DNA of 64,000 bases from Eledone cirrhosa. Lineage: Eukaryota. The DNA lies in the NCBI GenBank assembly GCA_964016885.1, contig OZ024745.1, positions 11,904,001 through 11,968,000 on the forward strand. Direction: 5' to 3'. The position numbers and the translations under genes were made by a program. The notes beneath the pieces were generated by a model. That model was not told the origin of the DNA and searched no databases. It was given only the letters and a program-made list of their open reading frames with translations. Positions 55,001-64,000 of this stretch are shown here, piece by piece (within the stretch, counting starts at the first letter, position 1; each line of letters starts with the position of its first letter).

Positions 55001-58000
55001 GATAGAATACCTTGCAGTATTTGGTCCGGCTCTCTCTGTGGGGATTGTCAGAGTGTTTAGAGAGTCAGATAGAATACCTTGCAGTATTTGGTCCGGCTCT
55101 CTCTGTGGGGATTGTCAGAGTCTTTAGAGAGTCAGATAGAATACCTTGCAGTATTTGGTCCGGCTCTCTCTGTGGGGATTGTCAGAGTCTTTAGAGAGTC
55201 AGATAGAATACCTTGCAGTATTTGGTCCGGCTCTCTCTGTGGGGATTGTCAGAGTCTTTAGAGAGTCAGATAGAATACCTTGCAGTATTTGGTCCGGCTC
55301 TCTCTGTGGGGATTGTCAGAGTCTTTAGAGAGTCAGATAGAATACCTTGCAGTATTTGGTCCGGCTCTCTCTGTGGGGATTGTCAGAGTGTTTAGAGAGT
55401 CAGATAGAATACCTTGCAGTATTTGGTCCGGCTCTCTCTGTGGGAATTGTCAGAGTGTTTAGAGAGTCAGATAGAATACCTTGCAGTATTTGGTCCGGCT
55501 CTCTCTGTGGGGATTGTCAGAGTGTTTAGAGAGTCAGATAGAATACCTTGCAGTATTTGGTCCGGCTCTCTCTGTGGGGATTGTCAGAGTGTTTAGAGAG
55601 TCAGATAGAATACCTTGCAGTATTTGGTCCGGCTCTCTCTGTGTGAATTGGCAGAGTCTTTAGAGAGTCAGATAGAATACCTTGCAGTATTTGGTCCGGC
55701 TCTCTCTGTGGGGATTGTCAGAGTCTTTAGAGAGTCAGATAGAATACCTTGCAGTATTTGGTCTGGCTCTCTCTGTATCAATTGTCAGAGTGTTTAGAGA
55801 GTCAGATAGAATACCTTGCAGTATTTGGTCCGGCTCTCTCTGTGGGGATTGTCAGAGTCTTTAGAGAGTCAGATAGAATACCTTGCAGTATTTGGTCTGG
55901 CTCTCTCTGTATCAATTGTCAGAGTGTTTAGAGAGTCAGATAGAATACCTTGCAGTATTTGGTCCGGCTCTCTCTGTGGGGATTGTCAGAGTCTTTAGAG
56001 AGTCAGATAGAATACCTTGCAGTATTTGGTCCGGCTCTCTCTGTGGGGATTGTCAGAGTCTTTAGAGAGTCAGATAGAATACCTTGCAGTATTTGGTCTG
56101 GCTCTCTCTGTGGGGATTGTCAGAGTCTTTAGAGAGTCAGATAGAATACCTTGCAGTATTTGGTCCGGCTCTCTCTGTGGGGATTGTCAGAGTCTTTAGA
56201 GAGTCAGATAGAATACCTTGCAGTATTTGGTCTGGCTCTCTCTGTGGGGATTGTCAGAGTCTTTAGAGAGTCAGATAGAATACCTTGCAGTATTTGGTCC
56301 GGCTCTCTCTGTGGGGATTGTCAGAGTCTTTAGAGAGTCAGATAGAATACCTTGCAGTATTTGGTCTGGCTCTCTCTGTGGGGATTGTCAGAGTGTTTAG
56401 AGAGTCAGATAGAATACCTTGCAGTATTTGGTCCGGCTCTCTCTGTGGGGATTGTCAGAGTCTTTAGAGAGTCAGATAGAATACCTTGCAGTATTTGGTC
56501 TGGCTCTCTCTGTGGGGATTGTCAGAGTCTTTAGAGAGTCAGATAGAATACCTTGCAGTATTTGGTCTGGCTCTCTCTGTGGGGATTGTCAGAGTCTTTA
56601 GAGAGTCAGATAGAATACCTTGCAGTATTTGGTCCGGCTCTCTCTGTGGGAATTGTCAGAGTGTTTAGAGAGTCAGATAGAATACCTTGCAGTATTTGGT
56701 CTGGCTCTCTCTGTGGGGATTGTCAGAGTGTTTAGAGAGTCAGATAGAATACCTTGCAGTATTTGGTCTGGCTCTCTCTGTGGGGATTGTCAGAGTCTTT
56801 AGAGAGTCAGATAGAATACCTTGCAGTATTTGGTCTGGCTCTCTCTGTGGGGATTGTCAGAGTCTTTAGAGAGTCAGATAGAATACCTTGCAGTATTTGG
56901 TCTGGCTCTCTCTGTGGGGATTGTCAGAGTCTTTAGAGAGTCAGATAGAATACCTTGCAGTATTTGGTCTGGCTCTCTCTGTGGGGATTGTCAGAGTCTT
57001 TAGAGAGTCAGATAGAATACCTTGCAGTATTTGGTCCGGCTCTCTCTGTGGGAATTGTCAGAGTGTTTAGAGAGTCAGATAGAATACCTTGCAGTATTTG
57101 GTCTGGCTCTCTCTGTGGGGATTGTCAGAGTCTTTAGAGAGTCAGATAGAATACCTTGCAGTATTTGGTCTGGCTCTCTCTGTGGGGATTGTCAGAGTCT
57201 TTAGAGAGTCAGATAGAATACCTTGCAGTATTTGGTCCGGCTCTCTCTGTGGGGATTGTCAGAGTCTTTAGAGAGTCAGATAGAATACCTTGCAGTATTT
57301 GGTCTGGCTCTCTCTGTGGGAATTGTCAGAGTGTTTAGAGAGTCAGATAGAATACCTTGCAGTATTTGGTCCGGCTCTCTCTGTGGGAATTGTCAGAGTG
57401 TTTAGAGAGTCAGATAGAATACCTTGCAGTATTTGGTCCGGCTCTCTCTGTGGGAATTGTCAGAGTGTTTAGAGAGTCAGATAGAATACCTTGCAGTATT
57501 TGGTCCGGCTCTCTCTGTGGGAATTGTCAGAGTGTTTAGAGAGTCAGATAGAATACCTTGCAGTATTTGGTCCGGCTCTCTCTGTGGGAATTGTCAGAGT
57601 GTTTAGAGAGTCAGATAGAATACCTTGCAGTATTTGGTCCGGCTCTCTCTGTGGGAATTGTCAGAGTGTTTAGAGAGTCAGATAGAATACCTTGCAGTAT
57701 TTGGTCCGGCTCTCTCTGTGGGAATTGTCAGAGTGTTTAGAGAGTCAGATAGAATACCTTGCAGTATTTGGTCCGGCTCTCTCTGTGGGAATTGTCAGAG
57801 TGTTTAGAGAGTCAGATAGAATACCTTGCAGTATTTGGTCCGGCTCTCTCTGTGGGAATTGTCAGAGTGTTTAGAGAGTCAGATAGAATACCTTGCAGTA
57901 TTTGGTCCGGCTCTCTCTGTGGGAATTGTCAGAGTGTTTAGAGAGTCAGATAGAATACCTTGCAGTATTTGGTCCGGCTCTCTCTGTGGGAATTGTCAGA

Positions 58001-61000
58001 GTGTTTAGAGAGTCAGATAGAATACCTTGCAGTATTTGGTCCGGCTCTCTCTGTGGGAATTGTCAGAGTGTTTAGAGAGTCAGATAGAATACCTTGCAGT
58101 ATTTGGTCCGGCTCTCTCTGTGGGAATTGTCAGAGTGTTTAGAGAGTCAGATAGAATACCTTGCAGTATTTGGTCCGGCTCTCTCTGTGGGAATTGTCAG
58201 AGTGTTTAGAGAGTCAGATAGAATACCTTGCAGTATTTGGTCCGGCTCTCTCTGTGGGGATTGTCAGAGTCTTTAGAGAGTCAGATAGAATACCTTGCAG
58301 TATTTGGTCCGGCTCTCTCTGTGGGAATTGTCAGAGTGTTTAGAGAGTCAGATAGAATACCTTGCAGTATTTGGTCTGGCTCTCTCTGTGGGGATTGTCA
58401 GAGTCTTTAGAGAGTCAGATAGAATACCTTGCAGTATTTGGTCTGGCTCTCTCTGTGGGGATTGTCAGAGTCTTTAGAGAGTCAGATAGAATACCTTGCA
58501 GTATTTGGTCTGGCTCTCTCTGTGGGGATTGTCAGAGTCTTTAGAGAGTCAGATAGAATACCTTGCAGTATTTGGTCTGGCTCTCTCTGTGGGGATTGTC
58601 AGAGTCTTTAGAGAGTCAGATAGAATACCTTGCAGTATTTGGTCTGGCTCTCTCTGTGGGGATTGTCAGAGTGTTTAGAGAGTCAGATAGAATACCTTGC
58701 AGTATTTGGTCCGGCTCTCTCTGTGGGGATTGTCAGAGTGTTTAGAGAGTCAGAGAGAATACCTTGCAGTATTTGGTCTGGCTCTCTCTGTGGGGATTGT
58801 CAGAGTCTTTAGAGAGTCAGATAGAATACCTTGCAGTATTTGGTCTGGCTCTCTCTCTGTGAATTGTCAGAGTCTTTAGAGAGTCAGATAGAATACCTTG
58901 CAGTATTTGGTCTGGCTCTCTCTGTGGGGATTGTCAGAGTGTTTAGAGAGTCAGATAGAATACCTTGCAGTATTTGGTCCGGCTCTCTCTGTGGGGATTG
59001 TCAGAGTGTTTAGAGAGTCAGAGAGAATACCTTGCAGTATTTGGTCTGGCTCTCTCTGTGGGAATTGTCAGAGTCTTTAGAGAGTCAGATAGAATACCTT
59101 GCAGTATTTGGTCTGGCTCTCTCTCTGTGAATTGTCAGAGTCTTTAGAGAGTCAGATAGAATACCTTGCAGTATTTGGTCTGGCTCTCTCTGTGTGGGGA
59201 TTGTCAGAGTCTTTAGAGAGTCAGATAGAATACCTTGCAGTATTTGGTCCGGCTCTCTCTGTGGGGATTGTCAGAGTCTTTAGAGAGTCAGATAGAATAC
59301 CTTGCAGTATTTGGTCCGGCTCTCTCTGTATCAATTGTCAGAGTCTTTAGAGAGTCAGATAGAATACCTTGCAGTATTTGGTCCGGCTCTCTCTGTGGGG
59401 ATTGTCAGAGTGTTTAGAGAGTCAGATAGAATACCTTGCAGTATTTGGTCTGGCTCTCTCTGTATCAATTGTCAGAGTCTTTAGAGAGTCAGATAGAATA
59501 CCTTGCAGTATTTGGTCCGGCTCTCTCTGTGGGGATTGTCAGAGTCTTTAGAGAGTCAGATAGAATACCTTGCAGTATTTGGTCCGGCTCTCTCTGTGGG
59601 GATTGGCAGAGTGTTTAGAGAGTCAGATAGAATACCTTGCAGTATTTGGTCTGGCTCTCTCTGTGGGGATTGTCAGAGTCTTTAGAGAGTCAGATAGAAT
59701 ACCTTGCAGTATTTGGTCCGGCTCTCTCTGTGGGGATTGTCAGAGTGTTTAGAGAGTCAGATAGAATACCTTGCAGTATTTGGTCCGGCTCTCTCTGTGG
59801 GGATTGTCAGAGTGTTTAGAGAGTCAGATAGAATACCTTGCAGTATTTGGTCCGGCTCTCTCTGTGGGGATTGTCAGAGTCTTTAGAGAGTCAGATAGAA
59901 TACCTTGCAGTATTTGGTCCGGCTCTCTCTGTGGGGATTGTCAGAGTGTTTAGAGAGTCAGATAGAATACCTTGCAGTATTTGGTCTGGCTCTCTCTGTG
60001 GGGATTGTCAGAGTGTTTAGAGAGGCAGATAGAATACCTTGCAGTATTTGGTCTGGCTCTCTCTCTGTGAATTGTCAGAGTCTATAGAGAGTCAGATAGA
60101 ATACCTTGCAGTATTTGGTCCGGCTCTCTCTGTGGGGATTGTCAGAGTCTTTAGAGAGTCAGATAGAATACCTTGCAGTATTTGGTCTGGCTCTCTCTGT
60201 GGGGATTGTCAGAGTCTTTAGAGAGTCAGATAGAATACCTTGCAGTATTTGGTCCGGCTCTCTCTGTGTGAATTGGCAGAGTGTTTAGAGAGTCAGATAG
60301 AATACCTTGCAGTATTTGGTCCGGCTCTCTCTGTGTGAATTGGCAGAGTGTTTAGAGAGTCAGATAGAATACCTTGCAGTATTTGGTCCGGCTCTCTCTG
60401 TGGGGATTGTCAGAGTGTTTAGAGAGTCAGATAGAATACCTTGCAGTATTTGGTCCGGCTCTCTCTGTATCAATTGTCAGAGTCTTTAGAGAGTCAGATA
60501 GAATACCTTGCAGTATTTGGTCTGGCTCTCTCTGTGTGGGGATTGGCAGAGTCTTTAGAGAGTCAGATAGAATACCTTGCAGTATTTGGTCTGGCTCTCT
60601 CTGTGGGGATTGGCAGAGTGTTTAGAGAGTCAGATAGAATACCTTGCAGTATTTGGTCCGGCTCTCTCTGTGGGAATTGTCAGAGTCTTTAGAGAGTCAG
60701 ATAGAATACCTTGCAGTATTTGGTCTGGCTCTCTCTGTGTGGGGATTGGCAGAGTCTTTAGAGAGTCAGATAGAATACCTTGCAGTATTTGGTCCGGCTC
60801 TCTCTGTGGGGATTGGCAGAGTGTTTAGAGAGTCAGATAGAATACCTTGCAGTATTTGGTCCGGCTCTCTCTGTGGGAATTGTCAGAGTCTTTAGAGAGT
60901 CAGATAGAATACCTTGCAGTATTTGGTCTGGCTCTCTCTGTGTGGGGATTGGCAGAGTCTTTAGAGAGTCAGATAGAATACCTTGCAGTATTTGGTCTGG

Positions 61001-64000
61001 CTCTCTCTGTGGGGATTGGCAGAGTGTTTAGAGAGTCAGATAGAATACCTTGCAGTATTTGGTCCGGCTCTCTCTGTGGGAATTGTCAGAGTCTTTAGAG
61101 AGTCAGATAGAATACCTTGCAGTATTTGGTCCGGCTCTCTCTGTGGGGATTGGCAGAGTGTTTAGAGAGTCAGATAGAATACCTTGCAGTATTTGGTCCG
61201 GCTCTCTCTGTGGGGATTGTCAGAGTCTTTAGAGAGTCAGATAGAATACCTTGCAGTATTTGGTCCGGCTCTCTCTGTGGGGATTGTCAGAGTGTTTAGA
61301 GAGTCAGATAGAATACCTTGCAGTATTTGGTCCGGCTCTCTCTGTGGGGATTGTCAGAGTGTTTAGAGAGTCAGATAGAATACCTTGCAGTATTTGGTCC
61401 GGCTCTCTCTGTGGGGATTGTCAGAGTGTTTAGAGAGTCAGATAGAATACCTTGCAGTATTTGGTCCGGCTCTCTCTGTGGGAATTGTCAGAGTGTTTAG
61501 AGAGTCAGATAGAATACCTTGCAGTATTTGGTCTGGCTCTCTCTGTGGGGATTGTCAGAGTGTTTAGAGAGGCAGATAGAATACCTTGCAGTATTTGGTC
61601 TGGCTCTCTCTCTGTGAATTATCAGAGTCTATAGAGAGTCAGATAGAATACCTTGCAGTATTTGGTCCGGCTCTCTCTGTGGGGATTGTCAGAGTCTTTA
61701 GAGAGTCAGATAGAATACCTTGCAGTATTTGGTCCGGCTCTCTCTGTGGGGATTGTCAGAGTCTTTAGAGAGTCAGAGAGAATACCTTGCAGTATTTGGT
61801 CTGGCTCTCTCTGTGGGGATTGTCAGAGTGTTTAGAGAGTCAGATAGAATACCTTGCAGTATTTGGTCCGGCTCTCTCTGTGGGGATTGTCAGAGTCTTT
61901 AGAGAGTCAGATAGAATACCTTGCAGTATTTGGTCCGGCTCTCTCTGTGGGGATTGTCAGAGTGTTTAGAGAGTCAGATAGAATACCTTGCAGTATTTGG
62001 TCCGGCTCTCTCTGTGGGGATTGTCAGAGTGTTTAGAGAGTCAGATAGAATACCTTGCAGTATTTGGTCCGGCTCTCTCTGTGGGGATTGTCAGAGTGTT
62101 TAGAGAGTCAGATAGAATACCTTGCAGTATTTGGTCCGGCTCTCTCTGTGGGGATTGTCAGAGTGTTTAGAGAGTCAGATAGAATACCTTGCAGTATTTG
62201 GTCCGGCTCTCTCTGTGTGAATTGTCAGAGTGTTTAGAGAGTCAGATAGAATACCTTGCAGTATTTGGTCCGGCTCTCTCTGTGGGGATTGTCAGAGTGT
62301 TTAGAGAGTCAGATAGAATACCTTGCAGTATTTGGTCTGGCTCTCTCTGTATCAATTGTCAGAGTCTTTAGAGAGTCAGATAGAATACCTTGCAGTATTT
62401 GGTCCGGCTCTCTCTGTGGGGATTGTCAGAGTGTTTAGAGAGTCAGATAGAATACCTTGCAGTATTTGGTCCGGCTCTCTCTGTGTGAATTGTCAGAGTG
62501 TTTAGAGAGTCAGATAGAATACCTTGCAGTATTTGGTCCGGCTCTCTCTGTGTGAATTGTCAGAGTGTTTAGAGAGTCAGATAGAATACCTTGCAGTATT
62601 TGGTCTGGCTCTCTCTGTATCAATTGTCAGAGTCTTTAGAGAGTCAGATAGAATACCTTGCAGTATTTGGTCTGGCTCTCTCTGTGGGAATTGTCAGAGT
62701 GTTTAGAGAGTCAGATAGAATACCTTGCAGTATTTGGTCTGGCTCTCTCTGTATCAATTGTCAGAGTGTTTAGAGAGTCAGATAGAATACCTTGCAGTAT
62801 TTGGTCTGGCTCTCTCTGTATCAATTGTCAGAGTGTTTAGAGAGTCAGATAGAATACCTTGCAGTATTTGGTCTGGCTCTCTCTGTATCAATTGTCAGAG
62901 TGTTTAGAGAGTCAGATAGAATACCTTGCAGTATTTGGTCTGGCTCTCTCTGTATCAATTGTCAGAGTGTTTAGAGAGTCAGATAGAATACCTTGCAGTA
63001 TTTGGTCTGGCTCTCTCTGTATCAATTGTCAGAGTGTTTAGAGAGTCAGATAGAATACCTTGCAGTATTTAGTCCGGCTCTCTCTGTATCAATTGTCAGA
63101 GTCTATAGAGAGTCAGATAGAATACCTTGCAGTATTTAGTCCGGCTCTCTCTGTATCAATTGTCAGAGTCTTTAGAGAGTCAGATAGAATACCTTGCATT
63201 ATTTGGTCCGGCTCTCTCTGTGGGGATTGTCAGAGTCTTTAGAGAGTCAGATAGAATACCTTGCATTATTTGGTCCGGCTCTCTCTGTGGGGATTGTCAG
63301 AGTCTTTAGAGAGTCAGATAGAATACCTTGCAGTATTTGGTCTGGCTCTCTCTCTGTGAATTGTCAGAGTCTTTAGAGAGTCAGATAGAATACCTTGCAG
63401 TATTTGATCTGGCTCTCTCTGTGGGAATTGTCAGAGTGTTTAGAGAGTCAGATAGAATACCTTGCAGTATTTGATCTGGCTCTCTCTGTGGGAATTGTCA
63501 GAGTCTTTAGAGAGTCAGATAGAATACCTTGCAGTATTTGATCTGGCTCTCTCTGTGGGAATTGTCAGAGTGTTTAGAGAGTCAGATAGAATACCTTGCA
63601 GTATTTGGTCCGGCTCTCTCTGTGGGGATTGTCAGAGTCTTTAGAGAGTCAGATAGAATACCTTGCATTATTTGGTCCGGCTCTCTCTGTGGGGATTGTC
63701 AGAGTCTTTAGAGAGTCAGATAGAATACCTTGCAGTATTTGGTCTGGCTCTCTCTGTGGGGATTGTCAGAGTCTTTAGAGAGTCAGATAGAATACCTTGC
63801 ATTATTTGGTCCGGCTCTCTCTGTGGGGATTGTCAGAGTCTTTAGAGAGTCAGATAGAATACCTTGCATTATTTGGTCCGGCTCTCTCTGTGGGGATTGT
63901 CAGAGTCTTTAGAGAGTCAGATAGAATACCTTGCAGTATTTGGTCCGGCTCTCTCTGTGGGAATTGTCAGAGTCTTTAGAGAGTCAGATAGAATACCTTG
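52090..64000 (+). repeat. 67-bp satellite array (about 178 units, runs off window end)
   Basis: Unit GGGATTGTCAGAGTCTTTAGAGAGTCAGATAGAATACCTTGCAGTATTTGGTCCGGCTCTCTCTGTG; ORF period 67. Confidence 0.98.

Noticed and set aside
52133-63979. More than 150 60-aa ORFs as a peptide gene array
   Set aside because: Artefact of a 67-bp period with TTG starts; no hammerhead core or spacers in the unit either.

Overview
Repeat-dominated, AT-rich animal genomic DNA. The SINE and microsatellite content resembles a cephalopod such as Octopus, but that is an inference. No intact host gene is evident, and almost all listed ORFs are repeat artefacts. Recognisable mobile elements: a decayed Penelope-like element (PLE; RT plus GIY-YIG, 6137-10113 +) lying tail-to-tail with a truncated relative (10193-11300 -), a decayed Ty3/gypsy gag-pol (-), a near-full-length R4/Dong-type LINE with a restriction-like endonuclease (44815-48442 +), many tRNA-derived SINEs, several minisatellites, and a 67-bp satellite filling the last 12 kb. 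The main hidden signal is RNA-level. By hand folding I find about 12 intact or near-intact type I hammerhead ribozymes (HHRs) of several unrelated sequence families, plus about 10 degenerate or half copies, nearly all in short non-coding elements embedded in (TA)n tracts. They include a 472-bp tandem/inverted retrozyme-like array, a 705-nt unit that starts exactly at its own predicted cleavage site, a U3-A8 core variant, and a family of fold-back palindromes centred on hammerhead stem II. All folds were made by eye and activity is untested.
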